Shown here in pieces: positions 51,000 through 61,800 of a stretch of 64,000 nucleotides of DNA. Location: the NCBI GenBank assembly GCA_963718615.1, contig OY970368.1:4256001-4320000 (forward strand), in the 5' to 3' direction. The notes under the pieces are model-generated. The model was not told the origin of the DNA. It did no database searches and saw nothing but the letters and a program-made list of their open reading frames with translations. This stretch comes from an uncultured cyanobacterium (GTDB taxonomy: Bacteria; Cyanobacteriota; Cyanobacteriia; PCC-9006; JAAUQQ01). Each line of letters starts with the position of its first letter. The stretch's first letter is position 1. A program made the position numbers and the translations under genes.

Positions 51000-52025
51000 A
51001 TGGCACGTTCTGGCTCCCTAAAATACTACATTACGGTGCGCTGCTTACTCGCCCCTTTAATGATTTGGACAGCAACAACGATTGTGTTTCTGCTATTGCG
51101 GGTGATTGGCGGTGATCCGGTGGAGGCTCGGCTCGGTCCCAAAGTTCCCCCGGCTATTAAGGAGCAAATGCGGGAACAAATGGGGCTGACGGGGCCACTT
51201 TGGCAGCAGTATTTGGATTATATTGGCAAGCTTTTTCGGTTTGATTTGGGCACTTCCATGGAAACCCAAGGGCTGAAAGTCAATGACATTATTCAAAGCT
51301 TTTTCCCGGCCACGGTAGAGTTGGCAGTTGTGAGTTTGGCGATCGCCTTTCTCATCGGTCTGGCGATCGGTTCTCTCTCGGCCTCAAAACCCAATAGCGG
51401 CTGGGATTTGTTTGGACGATTGTTTGGCATCATCACCTATGCCATTCCGCCCTTTTGGGCCGGGATGCTCATGCAATTAATCTTTGCGGTGCAGCTCCAG
51501 TGGTTTCCCATTGGCACCCGATTTCCGATTGATTTGGATCCACCAACATCGATTACAGGTCTTTATACCCTCGATAGTTTACTAACCGGCAATCTTCAGC
51601 AATTTGGCGCGGCGGTGTACTATTTGTTTCTGCCCAGTGTGACGCTGGGTTTGTTGCTCAGCGGCATTTTCGAGCGGATTGTTCGGGTCAATTTACGGCA
51701 ATCCCTACAGGCCGACTATGTGGAAGCGGCGCGCGCGCGCGGAATTCGAGAACGTCGCATTCTATTTGTTCATGCCCTCAAAAACGCCATGATTCCGGTG
51801 ATTACGATTCTGGGGCTGACGCTGGCGGCGCTGCTTGGGGGGGCTTTGCTGACCGAGGTGACCTTTTCTTGGCCAGGTTTAGCCCAGCGTTTGTACCAGG
51901 CAATCTCGTCGCGAGACTACACCACGGTTCAGGGCATTATTGTATTTTTCTCGGCGATCGTCGTCATAGCCAGTATTTTAATCGACATCATTAGTGCCTA
52001 CATTGATCCCCGCATTCGCTACTAA
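51000..52025 (+). CDS. ABC transporter permease (DppB/OppB-like)
   Basis: DYVEAARARG EAA loop, TEVTFSWPG, DPRIRY. Confidence 0.93.
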   Translation: MARSGSLKYYITVRCLLAPLMIWTATTIVFLLLRVIGGDPVEARLGPKVPPAIKEQMREQMGLTGPLWQQYLDYIGKLFRFDLGTSMETQGLKVNDIIQSFFPATVELAVVSLAIAFLIGLAIGSLSASKPNSGWDLFGRLFGIITYAIPPFWAGMLMQLIFAVQLQWFPIGTRFPIDLDPPTSITGLYTLDSLLTGNLQQFGAAVYYLFLPSVTLGLLLSGIFERIVRVNLRQSLQADYVEAARARGIRERRILFVHALKNAMIPVITILGLTLAALLGGALLTEVTFSWPGLAQRLYQAISSRDYTTVQGIIVFFSAIVVIASILIDIISAYIDPRIRY

Positions 52026-52319
52026 ACCCCAAAAAAGTCTTTGGACCTTATAAGCTTTGGACCTTACAAAATGAATCCAGTATTTTTACGGAACAAATAA
52101 ATAAAGGTACGTTGAACTCTTGAGGCTGTTGTTTAAAGTTTATGCCGCAGTTTCATCCCGATAAACTTTTCATGGTTACGTAGAATTATCACGCTCCCAA
52201 GCGGCATCTCATTGAACTTCGCTCTAGAAGCGACGGAAAATTAATCCTTTAAAACTCAGCACGAGTCAGGTGCTATCTGCCTTTGTCAACGCAGGACATC
52301 TCAGGCAGGACAGTTAAAT

Positions 52320-55300
52320 ATGGTGTGGACTCATCAACGAACAGCCTCGGTTGCAATGCCATCGGGGCAGAGATTTGTGGCCGCTTTAGCTGCGGACGAT
52401 CTCCAGGGCTCTTCCTTAGAGAGTGCCTCTTCCGGATTGCGAGAAACGGTTGCCATTTTTGACCCGGCGATCGCCGATCTCGAAACCCTATTGGCTGGAA
52501 TTCGGGCCGATCGCGTCGTCATCCTAGACCCGACTCAAAATGGGCTAGATCAAATTACAGCAGCCCTTCAGGGCCTAGAAAATATCGAAAGTTTGCAGAT
52601 TTTTTCCCACGGCAGTGCAGCAGAGCTGTTGCTGGGGCAAGCCCGTTTGTCTGCCGATACGCTTGATCAGTATCGCGATCGCCTCTCTCAATGGCAAAGT
52701 GCCCTAGCGCCCGGTGCCGATTTGCTGCTCTATGGCTGTGATGTGGCAGCAACCGAGATCGGGCGGACCTTTTTGTCGGATCTGAGTCAGATCGTGGGGG
52801 CGGATGTAGCGGCCTCGACGGATTTAACCGGCGATCGCGCCCAGGGTGGAGATTGGGATCTGGAGTTTACCACGGGGGCAATTGAGTCGGCGATCGCCCT
52901 CACGGTCCAAGCCCAAGCCACCTACGCCGATGTGTTGGCGGCGGGGACTCAGTTTAACTTCGGCTCGTTTACGAACGCGACCCCGCTTCAGCGTAACGGC
53001 AATGCCTCCATCAGCGGCAGTCGTCTGCAACTGACTCCGAATCTCTCGGGACAGCGAGGCAGTGCATTTTATAATCAGGCGATCGCCCTAGATCCCAACG
53101 TCTCCTTTAGCAGTCAATTTAGCTTTGACATTGATGGGGGAACCACGGGAGCCGATGGTTTTACCTTTGTGCTGCAAAATACGCTTGCAGGTTCCCGACT
53201 CTTGGGCGGTGCGGGGGGCAGTCTTGGCTATGGGGGCAGTGGCGCAGAGAGTATCGCCATCAAGTTTGATACCTTCCAAAACGGCATTGATCCCAACAGC
53301 AACCATGTGGCGATTCTGCAAAATGGAGATGAGAATCGCTTTCTAGCGGTAAATGCCAATCCAGGGGTGGATCTCAATAGCGGTCAGGTTGTCAATGCCT
53401 GGGTGGACTATAACGGATCGAGCGATCGCCTCCAGCTTTTCCTGTCCAATGGCACCGCTAAGCCCAATAATCCGGTTTTAAATACGACGATTGATTTGTA
53501 TAGAGCCTTGGGCGATCGCGCCTACGTCGGCTTCACTGCCGCAACCGGTTGGGCACGCAACCGTCACACGATTACCCGTTGGCAATTCAACAGTAGCGAC
53601 ACCGGCAGCGGCGGCGGAACACCACCCGGAACAGGAAATGGTCTTCGAGGTGAGTATTTCGACAATATCAACTTCACCAATCCGGTCCTGACGCGAACGG
53701 ATGCCACGGTCAATTTTGATTGGGGCAACGGCTCTCCGGCGAGCAATATTGGTGCAGATACCTTTTCAGTACGCTGGACCGGTCAAGTTGAGCCCCGATA
53801 TAGCGAAACCTATCAGTTCTACACCACCTCCGACGATGGGGTACGACTGTGGGTGAATAACCAACTGGTGATCGACAACTACGTGGATCAAGCACCGACG
53901 GAGCGATCGGGCAGCATTACGCTGCAAGCGGGTCAAAAGTACGATCTGCGGCTGGAATACTACGAAAATGGCGGTGGTGCCGTTTCCCAACTGGCTTGGT
54001 CCAGTGCCAGCACGCCCAAGCAAATCATTCCTACCAGCCAGCTTTACGCGGCCAGTGGCGGGGGCGGCGGGAGCGACCCAACCTACAATGGCAATCGCTA
54101 TCGCCTAACCAATAGCCTCACTTGGGAGGAGGCCCAGGCTGCCGCTCAAGCGGTGGGTGGCAACCTAGTGACCCTCAATGACGCGGCGGAAGAAGCTTGG
54201 CTCAAACAGACGTTTGGCGGAGTCGAACAGTTTTGGATAGGCATCACCGATCGCCAAACCGAAGGCCAGTTCCGCTGGATCAGTGGCGAAGCAGTCACCT
54301 ACACCAATTGGGCACCGGGAGAGCCGAATAACTACAACGGCGACCAGGATTATGGCGTCATCAACTTTGGCTCCACCCGCCAATGGGATGACGAATCTAC
54401 CGGAGCTCGATTCCGAGGCATTATCGAAATTCCCACGACAACGCCACCTCGCAGTACGATCGCCCTGGAACAAAACATCTACAGCGTCAACGAAGCCGGG
54501 GGCGGCGTTGAGATTGGCGTAGTCCGGAGTGGCAATACAACCGGTGCAGCAACGATTATCTACCGAACAGATAATGGGACTGGGGGAACTGGGGCGATCG
54601 CCGATTCAGATTTCACCGCTGCCAACGGAACCCTCAGCTTCGCCCCTGGGGAAACGCGCAAAACCGTGCGCATTCCCATCCTCAATGATGGCCAAACGGA
54701 AGCAAATGAGACCTTTAGCTTTGTGATCGAATCCCCCGGCAATGCAGATTTGGGCACCCAGCGCACCGCCGTGATCACGATTTTGGATGACGACAATCCA
54801 GCCCTGACGGTTAACGATATCCAAGTCAATGAAAACGCCGGTAATGCGGTATTAACCCTAACGCGGGGCAACGGCGTGGGTACGGCAACGGTGCAGTATG
54901 CCACGGTCAATGAAACGGCGGTCGCCGGAAGCGACTACAGCAGCCGCACCGGCACGGTCACCTTTGCGGCGGGACAAACTAGCCAGTCCATCGCCATTCC
55001 CCTCACCAACGACAACAGCGGCGAACCCAACGAAACCTTCCGGGTCAACTTTAGTAATCCTGTCGGTATTACCTTGCCGGATCCCGATGCGAGGGTGACG
55101 ATTCTCGATGATGACCCTGGTAACTTTGTGAAGGAAGCGGTGATTGGGGGATTGAATCAGCCAACGGCGATCGCCTGGACGCCAGACAACGCCCTGCTGT
55201 TTATTCTAGAAAAATCCGGTCTGGTTAAAGTTGCTCAAAATGGCCAGGTGATTGGGACCTTTGCGGATTTACGCGATCAGGTGAATGATGTGCGCGATCG

Positions 55301-56423
55301 CGGTGCCCTGGGACTAGCCATCCATCCCAACTTCTACAACGGTAGTCCTTACATCTACATCTCCTACACCTACGATCCCCCCGAGGCCGATCGCACCAAC
55401 CGCACCGCCAATCCCCTCGACGATGCCGATCAATTTGGCAATCGCCCCTCCCGCGTCGTGCGGCTCACGGCCAATGCCAGCAATGGCTACCGCACAGCGG
55501 TCAATAACAGCGAGTTTGTCCTCATCGGCAAAAACAGCACCTGGGCCAACACCAGCCGTCCTGATAGCAACAGCACGGTCGATTTCTCGATTCCGGAATC
55601 TGGTCGCACCAGCAACGGCGGCTATGTCCAGGACTACATCAAAACCGATAGCGAATCCCACACCATTGGCAGCTTAGCCTTTGGGGCCGATGGCAATCTC
55701 TATGTCTCCGTAGGCGACGGTACATCCTACAACAGCGTCGATCCGCGCACGGCTTCGGTCCTCAATCCCGACAGCCTCTCGGGTAAAATTCTGCGAGTGG
55801 ATCCGATTACCGGCTCTGGTCTCACCGACAACCCATTCTGGGACGGCAACGCCAACAGCAACCGCTCAAAAGTCTGGAACATGGGCCTGCGCAATCCCTT
55901 CCGCACGGTAATGCAACCTGGCACCAGCACACTCTTTATCGGCGATGTGGGCTGGAAATCCTGGGAGGAAATCAATGTTAGCAGCCGAGGGGCCAACTTT
56001 GGCTGGTCTGCCTACGAGGGCGGTACAACCACAGGAACTAGCACTGGCACACCCACCAGCCTGCGGCAGCCTGAGTATGACGCGGCGAACATTCCCGCTA
56101 TCGAAGCATTTTATAACAGCGGCCAAGGAGTAACGGCACCGATTTTTGCCCGCAACCATAGCGAAGGCGCGCAGGCCATCATTGCGGGCGATTTTTACGA
56201 TGGGAACACCTTCCCCAGTGTTTATAACGGTGCTTTGTTTGTATCGGATGTTAACCAAGGAACAGTCGATGCCTTAACTCTCGATGCCAATAATCGAGTC
56301 ACCGGAGTACGACGATTTACGACCGGTGCCCAAGGTGTGGTGCAAATGGTTACCGGAGCCGATGGAAATCTGTATTATGTCAATATTGGAACCGGCGAAA
56401 TCGGGCGCTGGCGTCCGGTGTAA
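52320..56423 (+). CDS. Multidomain protein: DUF4347, L-type lectin, PA14, C-type lectin, 2x Calx-beta, glucose/sorbosone dehydrogenase-like propeller
   Basis: SHGS/LLLYGCDVA/GDWDLE; GADGFTF; FSVRWTG/SDDGVRLW; FWIGITD/NWAPGEPNN; SFAPGET/EANETF; FGADGNLYVSVGDG, GKILRVDP, GLRNPFR, GDVGW..WEEIN. Confidence 0.85.
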   Translation: MVWTHQRTASVAMPSGQRFVAALAADDLQGSSLESASSGLRETVAIFDPAIADLETLLAGIRADRVVILDPTQNGLDQITAALQGLENIESLQIFSHGSAAELLLGQARLSADTLDQYRDRLSQWQSALAPGADLLLYGCDVAATEIGRTFLSDLSQIVGADVAASTDLTGDRAQGGDWDLEFTTGAIESAIALTVQAQATYADVLAAGTQFNFGSFTNATPLQRNGNASISGSRLQLTPNLSGQRGSAFYNQAIALDPNVSFSSQFSFDIDGGTTGADGFTFVLQNTLAGSRLLGGAGGSLGYGGSGAESIAIKFDTFQNGIDPNSNHVAILQNGDENRFLAVNANPGVDLNSGQVVNAWVDYNGSSDRLQLFLSNGTAKPNNPVLNTTIDLYRALGDRAYVGFTAATGWARNRHTITRWQFNSSDTGSGGGTPPGTGNGLRGEYFDNINFTNPVLTRTDATVNFDWGNGSPASNIGADTFSVRWTGQVEPRYSETYQFYTTSDDGVRLWVNNQLVIDNYVDQAPTERSGSITLQAGQKYDLRLEYYENGGGAVSQLAWSSASTPKQIIPTSQLYAASGGGGGSDPTYNGNRYRLTNSLTWEEAQAAAQAVGGNLVTLNDAAEEAWLKQTFGGVEQFWIGITDRQTEGQFRWISGEAVTYTNWAPGEPNNYNGDQDYGVINFGSTRQWDDESTGARFRGIIEIPTTTPPRSTIALEQNIYSVNEAGGGVEIGVVRSGNTTGAATIIYRTDNGTGGTGAIADSDFTAANGTLSFAPGETRKTVRIPILNDGQTEANETFSFVIESPGNADLGTQRTAVITILDDDNPALTVNDIQVNENAGNAVLTLTRGNGVGTATVQYATVNETAVAGSDYSSRTGTVTFAAGQTSQSIAIPLTNDNSGEPNETFRVNFSNPVGITLPDPDARVTILDDDPGNFVKEAVIGGLNQPTAIAWTPDNALLFILEKSGLVKVAQNGQVIGTFADLRDQVNDVRDRGALGLAIHPNFYNGSPYIYISYTYDPPEADRTNRTANPLDDADQFGNRPSRVVRLTANASNGYRTAVNNSEFVLIGKNSTWANTSRPDSNSTVDFSIPESGRTSNGGYVQDYIKTDSESHTIGSLAFGADGNLYVSVGDGTSYNSVDPRTASVLNPDSLSGKILRVDPITGSGLTDNPFWDGNANSNRSKVWNMGLRNPFRTVMQPGTSTLFIGDVGWKSWEEINVSSRGANFGWSAYEGGTTTGTSTGTPTSLRQPEYDAANIPAIEAFYNSGQGVTAPIFARNHSEGAQAIIAGDFYDGNTFPSVYNGALFVSDVNQGTVDALTLDANNRVTGVRRFTTGAQGVVQMVTGADGNLYYVNIGTGEIGRWRPV

Positions 56424-56697
56424 CCGGCATAAACAAGGCCTAAATTGAAATTCCGAATTCTTTTTAGGCCAAATACAAACTTGGGAATTATTCCGGATAG
56501 TTTGGAGATTTCGCAAGAAATTAATCGTATATAATCGACAGTTTCCCGGATTTTTTTAGCGCTGCAATCTGACATTCTAAGTTCAGAAAGCGAGAAAGAA
56601 ATCGGGTCGACGCCACGGCGCACCTCACTCTCTCTCAACGTTTTGAGTTCAACTCACTCAACGTCAACTCAGCAAGCAGCTTAATTCATCTAGACCT

Positions 56698-56994
56698 ATG
56701 AACTTCAAGTATTTGATTGGATCTGTCTTGGTTGCCGCTACCGTCGCCTTGGGTAGCATCGACCCCGCTGCGGCATCACTCCCTGGCAAAATTGTTGGTC
56801 AGGATTATGGCTCTCGGGTCACGTTGCGTTCGGGTCCTTCGACCGCCACTCGTTCCTTGGGATATGGACTTGTGGGTCAAGATGTAGAGTTGCTTGACCG
56901 GGTGTATAGTGACGGTGCGTGGTGGGTGCAGGTGAAATTCTATGAATCGGGTGCTGTGGGTTGGATTCACGGCAGCTACATCATGCCCTACTAA
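56698..56994 (+). CDS. Secreted SH3-domain protein
   Basis: Signal peptide, VTLRSGPST, WWVQVKF, GWI. Confidence 0.8.
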   Translation: MNFKYLIGSVLVAATVALGSIDPAAASLPGKIVGQDYGSRVTLRSGPSTATRSLGYGLVGQDVELLDRVYSDGAWWVQVKFYESGAVGWIHGSYIMPY

Positions 56995-57052
56995 TCCATC
57001 CATCGATTAGTTACTCTTTGCATCAAAGCTATTGTTTGGACTAGATAACGCC

Positions 57053-57092
57053 TTTTTAGGGCTTGGTCATGATTCTGACCAAGCCCTTTTTT
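57053..57092. terminator. Terminator between convergent genes
   Basis: AGGGCTTGGTCA/TGACCAAGCCCT stem followed by a T run. Confidence 0.75.
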
Positions 57093-57116
57093 GATTCGAT
57101 CAAGCCTTGCTTGAAC

Positions 57117-58070
57117 TTATGCTGCAACTGGTTTCGCCGGTTCTAGTATCCGCGCAATTTCCTGCATAACTTCAACACTTAACTCAACCCCAGATGCTGC
57201 TGCATTGTCCACAAGCTGCTCGGGTCGAGTTGCGCCGACAATCGCGGCGGAAACCCTTTTATCTTGCAAGATCCATGCGAGGGCAAGCTGCGCCATAGAG
57301 AGGTCAAGCTGTGCCGCTAGGGGCTTTAGGTTTTGGACAACGCTTAGGACGCGATCGCTCCGTAACTCCCGCATAAACCCATTCATTTTGTCATTGGCTG
57401 CGCGGGAGTTGGAGGGAGGAACCTCGCCCGGTTTGTATTTGCCGGTGAGTACGCCTTGGGCTAGGGGAGACCAGACGATTTGACTGATGCCGTTGCGATC
57501 GCACAGCGGAAACACTTCCGCCTCAGGCTTTTGCCACAGCATCGAATATTGTGGCTGACTAGAGACAAATTTTTCCATCCCCGGCATTGATAGCGCTCCA
57601 CGAATTTGGTCCGGTGTCCATTCGCTAAAGCCGATGTAGCGGGCTTTTCCCTGACGCACTAAGTCGGTGAGGGCAATGAGGGTGTCTGCCAGGGGCGTGT
57701 CTTGGTCATAGCGGTGGCACTGATACAAATCAACATAATCTGTACGCAGCCGTTTTAAGGAATCATCAATTTGCTTATAAATCTGAGTAGGGGAAAGTCC
57801 TCGATCCGTCGGCGACATGGGAAAGAAGACTTTAGTGGCGAGAATGTAGCTGCTGCGATCGATCCCTTGCAAAACCTCCCCGAGAAACGCTTCAGCCGCA
57901 CCGCGTCCATAGACGTTGGCGGTGTCTATCAAGTTGATACCCAAGTCCAAGGCTTGGTGGATGCAAGTTGCTGCCTGAGCCCGTTCGACGCCACCGCTAT
58001 AGGTTAACCAGGAGCCTAGGGCAATCTCAGAAACCTGGAGGTCACTGCTGCCCAATGGTCGATATTTCAT
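57117..58070 (-). CDS. Aldo/keto reductase (Kv-beta/Tas-like)
   Basis: DTANVYG, LATK, SLKRLRTDYVDLYQCH, WSPLAQGVLTGKY. Confidence 0.93.
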   Translation of the reverse strand: MKYRPLGSSDLQVSEIALGSWLTYSGGVERAQAATCIHQALDLGINLIDTANVYGRGAAEAFLGEVLQGIDRSSYILATKVFFPMSPTDRGLSPTQIYKQIDDSLKRLRTDYVDLYQCHRYDQDTPLADTLIALTDLVRQGKARYIGFSEWTPDQIRGALSMPGMEKFVSSQPQYSMLWQKPEAEVFPLCDRNGISQIVWSPLAQGVLTGKYKPGEVPPSNSRAANDKMNGFMRELRSDRVLSVVQNLKPLAAQLDLSMAQLALAWILQDKRVSAAIVGATRPEQLVDNAAASGVELSVEVMQEIARILEPAKPVAA

Positions 58071-58152
58071 AGTGGAATTACCGTTTTAATCCTAGCGTGG
58101 CGGCTGAATCAAAATCTGTCCTCTTTCTTCGGGGTCAGTTTTTGAACGTTGA

Positions 58153-59853
58153 CTAATTGCCTCCGCTGACTTTTTGCACGGCCACCTCTACCTTGCCATC
58201 CGGTCGTAGCGTCAGGAGTAGCGTCGAGGTTTGGGCATTGGACCCAGCGCTAATAAAAGGCTCACCAATAGCGGGAATCCCAGCCTTATCCGCGTAGAGT
58301 CCTGCCGCTGAGCTCAAGGGCGCGCTTTTGGTCAAGGTCCCATTGGCTCCAACAATGAGTTGATACTGAAGCGGCTGAGCCAAGTTGCTCGGGGGTTGCC
58401 AGCGCGATTCAAAATAGGATTGAACGGCTTTGGCTTGATTATTGGGCGGTAAAGCTGAGACCGCTGCAACGGCGGCGGGAGCGGCAGGGGGCGGGGCGGT
58501 GTTGGCGGTGCTGGAGTTGACCGGCTTAGGCGGGGCTGTCGGTTTGGCCGCCGCTGATGCAGGAGGAGCCCCATCAGCCATGGCTGCTCCATTTGCGGCT
58601 GCCCCATTCGCTGGACTGTTGGCACTCGCGACCGGCTCCTTCTGAGGGATTTCAGCCGATTCAGCCGGCTGTTTCGCCGTAGTGGATTGCCGAGCTTCCA
58701 GTTCTGCTTCTGCTGCCGCTAGCTGTTCCTGAGCGGTTTTGAAGGGACTTTCTGTGCGAGCGGGAACCGAGGAGGAAGATTGTGTGGAGGAAGCCGAGGT
58801 GCCCCCGCTGGATGTTGTCCCAGAAGTATTGGGATTAGTCTGAAGCGAGATATTGGGTGGCGGCGCGACGGGGACTACGGGCGTGACCGGATAGGATTGC
58901 ACCCCGACAGAACCCTCTGGCAGCGGTACCGTTGTCACCCCATTGGAGCCAGACAACGAGTCCCCCGTTGTGCCATTTGCCCCATCCGGCGGCGCAACGC
59001 TGGAATTGGCTGGAGCAGGCCCATTAAAAATTCCGCTGGGGGGTTGATTGACCGGCTGACCGTCAGGACCTAGAGGCACTGTGCCATTGGGATTATTGGG
59101 ATCCTGTTGTTTTAAGAAGGGCTGACCAAACTGCCCATCGGGCAGCTGACCTGACGGATTGGTACTGATTTCGGGAAAAGCACTGATATCCCCGGTGGCG
59201 TTAGGGTCAAGGGCAACTTCGGCGGTGGGTGCGCTGTTGAGAGGGTTATAGATAAAGTAAAGTCCTGTACCCGTGGCACCTAGGGCGATCGCCACACTGG
59301 CAGCCACCCGTCCCCAGGCGGGCATGGCAAAGTCACTGGTCTTGCCACCTGCAAGCGCCGTTAATCCCTCTTTCGGTAGGGACAAGGTCTCTGCCTGCCA
59401 ACGGTCTAGAACCTCTACCAAATCCGCCAATTGAATCGTCGAGAGTTCTAGGGCCTTGGCAACAGCATTACGGGGGCTATAGCGCAGATGGTGGCTCAGG
59501 GCTCCGCTGGGGCCGAGGCTAAAGCGGCTGTCTGAGGGCGCGAGGGGATTCGGGGAAGGGACAAGCTCTGTTGCCAGCCCATTGCCGCCACCGGCAAATT
59601 GCAGGGTGGGCTGCTGCAACTGATTTTGGACATACTGCTCCGTGGTGTGGTGAAGGGTTTCGAGGAGTTTGCGATCGCCCTCCAGCCACAAAATCGGCGC
59701 AGCCCCCAGCTCAAAGTTGAGCAATGACAGCCGAAACTGCTGATTTTTCATCACGGTCCGTCCGGTCCAGCGCGACAGGGGCGATGGCGTTCCCGTGAGT
59801 TCAAGGCTCCAGGAATCGGAGGTGTAGCGATGCTGCACAGGGGTTAGGGTCAT
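58153..59853 (-). CDS. DUF4335 domain membrane protein
   Basis: SPLSRW, LSTIQLADL, one TM segment, Pro/Ser-rich linker, YFESRWQPP. Confidence 0.75.
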   Translation of the reverse strand: MTLTPVQHRYTSDSWSLELTGTPSPLSRWTGRTVMKNQQFRLSLLNFELGAAPILWLEGDRKLLETLHHTTEQYVQNQLQQPTLQFAGGGNGLATELVPSPNPLAPSDSRFSLGPSGALSHHLRYSPRNAVAKALELSTIQLADLVEVLDRWQAETLSLPKEGLTALAGGKTSDFAMPAWGRVAASVAIALGATGTGLYFIYNPLNSAPTAEVALDPNATGDISAFPEISTNPSGQLPDGQFGQPFLKQQDPNNPNGTVPLGPDGQPVNQPPSGIFNGPAPANSSVAPPDGANGTTGDSLSGSNGVTTVPLPEGSVGVQSYPVTPVVPVAPPPNISLQTNPNTSGTTSSGGTSASSTQSSSSVPARTESPFKTAQEQLAAAEAELEARQSTTAKQPAESAEIPQKEPVASANSPANGAAANGAAMADGAPPASAAAKPTAPPKPVNSSTANTAPPPAAPAAVAAVSALPPNNQAKAVQSYFESRWQPPSNLAQPLQYQLIVGANGTLTKSAPLSSAAGLYADKAGIPAIGEPFISAGSNAQTSTLLLTLRPDGKVEVAVQKVSGGN

Positions 59854-59878
59854 GGCCGGGAGAAAAGAAAATTGGGGT

Positions 59879-60466
59879 TTAGGAAGTGGGGGGTGTCGAG
59901 CGGTCCAGCAGGGCTAGCCAGAGGCGGCGGGTGCCGTTGGTGCTGCCGTAGAAGACGAGATCGACCAAAAGCTTGAGTGCCAGTTGGGTGAGGTCGCTGC
60001 TGTTGGAAATTTCGTCAGCCATGCGCTCTTCGTAGAAGTTACAAAACCGATCGAGGTAGTCGCCCACGATGGCAGCCCCATGGGGGGGCCGATTTTGAGC
60101 GGTGAGTTGTTCGAGGCGGTGAACCGCTTCGCGAATGTGGCTACGGTGCTCCTGGGCCAGATGACAGCTCATTTGTACGAGGGCACGGGCCTCTTCGACA
60201 TCGAGCTTTTTGCGCCCGCCAGAACTTTTCCGCAGGGGACTCGATTGTCGCAATCGCCAGAGGCTGACTCGGTCGGAGATAAATTCCTCCAAATTGAGTT
60301 CAGCAGCGGCTTGGAGCATGGCTTCGGAGCCGAGATTGGCGATCGCCTCCAAGGCCAGCAAGACCAAGTCTAAATGGGCCTTGATGCTATCGAGTTGTTC
60401 GGTCTGAGCGGGCAGATCGGGAAGGGTCTGCGAGGATGACACCACGGTCAAGCGGGGAGGGGACAT
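59879..60466 (-). CDS. DUF3038 family protein
   Basis: LDLVLLALEA, DRVSLWRLRQSSPLRK, KLLVDLVFY..RRLWLAL. Confidence 0.82.
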   Translation of the reverse strand: MSPPRLTVVSSSQTLPDLPAQTEQLDSIKAHLDLVLLALEAIANLGSEAMLQAAAELNLEEFISDRVSLWRLRQSSPLRKSSGGRKKLDVEEARALVQMSCHLAQEHRSHIREAVHRLEQLTAQNRPPHGAAIVGDYLDRFCNFYEERMADEISNSSDLTQLALKLLVDLVFYGSTNGTRRLWLALLDRSTPPTS

Positions 60467-60654
60467 GTCTTTACCCAGCCTAGCGGAGAGACAGTGAAGA
60501 AGTGGATAAGGTTACGGTTCTGGAAACGAAAGTGCTGGATCCTGAGAGCCGTTTTCGAGCTGTCGTTGATCTCCACCTAGTTTAGAACGTCGGTTCGAAA
60601 ACGTTGGGTTTAAGCCTATCGAAAAAGCGGCAGGCCTGGAGCGATCCCAGGACT

Positions 60655-61548
60655 TCAGTCGATGGCGTCGATCGCTTCAGGTTCAAGAATTTCAGGATTG
60701 GAACCAGGGGTATCGTAATGGATCTCTGGGGGGATAGGGTTGGAGGCAGGGTTCAAGGCTGGTGGCAACGCCGCCGGTAGGGTTGACGTCGGGAACTGTT
60801 CAGCGACTTCCTTGAGGCGATCGGAAAATCCTGAGGGATCTTCAGCGGGGGTAAATTGCCCAATGGGAGGCTGATGCATTTGCAGGGCGCGCTCCCGCAT
60901 CGGGGCTGTCTCTACCGTAATTTCTTGGGGACCCACAATGTGGGGCGCTGAGAGATCGGGTACGGTCTCCGCTGAGGAAGAACCCTGACCGGAACTGGGA
61001 CCGAGGTTCTGAAAAAATTCGGCAGGGGACTGGGAGGGCTGAGGAGGAGCCGAGGCAGAAGCCTGAAGACTGTCAGGGAGAGTGTCGGAGGGCGTAGTCG
61101 TCTCCGCTTCCTCCTCGACGATCGCGGTGACCACAATGGCCGCAGCCTGCAACGCCGATTGCTTGCGGGGGAGAGGCTGTAGGGCTGGGCGCTGGCCACG
61201 GCTGAGTTCTGCGATCGCCTGGGCCTGCTGGGCCGCAAATTCCTGTTGAATGGGAACCGCAATCAGCATTTCAAACTCTCGATTGAAATGACTAATCATT
61301 TTGCTACGACGCAGCCAAAACGCCAGGATCTGCTCCACCGAAACCGGTCGGTAGCGGCCCTGATAGAGCGCCTCAATCACAGCGGCCCGCACCCAATGGG
61401 CTGGACAGCGCTGCAACCATTTATTTAACAGGAGCCTCGCCGAAGCCGGTGCCAGGTCATAGTAATGAACCAATAGCGCCATGGCCGAAGCGATCGCCAT
61501 CTCCTCGCCCGTGATTAGAGCCTGTTCTGCTGGAACTGCCATGAACAA
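60655..61548 (-). CDS. Conserved cyanobacterial hypothetical protein
   Basis: WVRAAVIEALYQGRYRPVSVEQILAFW, HFNREFE, PPIGQFTP. Confidence 0.75.
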   Translation of the reverse strand: MFMAVPAEQALITGEEMAIASAMALLVHYYDLAPASARLLLNKWLQRCPAHWVRAAVIEALYQGRYRPVSVEQILAFWLRRSKMISHFNREFEMLIAVPIQQEFAAQQAQAIAELSRGQRPALQPLPRKQSALQAAAIVVTAIVEEEAETTTPSDTLPDSLQASASAPPQPSQSPAEFFQNLGPSSGQGSSSAETVPDLSAPHIVGPQEITVETAPMRERALQMHQPPIGQFTPAEDPSGFSDRLKEVAEQFPTSTLPAALPPALNPASNPIPPEIHYDTPGSNPEILEPEAIDAID

Positions 61549-61800
61549 ACCCCCGCTTGAACCCCGTCATCTCTATTTTGTATCTACTTCTAGTATTACC
61601 GAAGAACCCTGAGGACTCACGCGCCAAATCAAGGAAGACTCCAAGGGACATCTTCGGAAAATCTTCATACTGACGGGAGGGTGACTAAATTTAATACAAA
61701 CTCATCTTTAATACAAACTGATCGATTTGCACAGGGCTTTCGCAACTTAAAATAGGCTGGGCTTTTTGTTTAGCCTTGTCACCCCTCGATTTCTCTTGCC

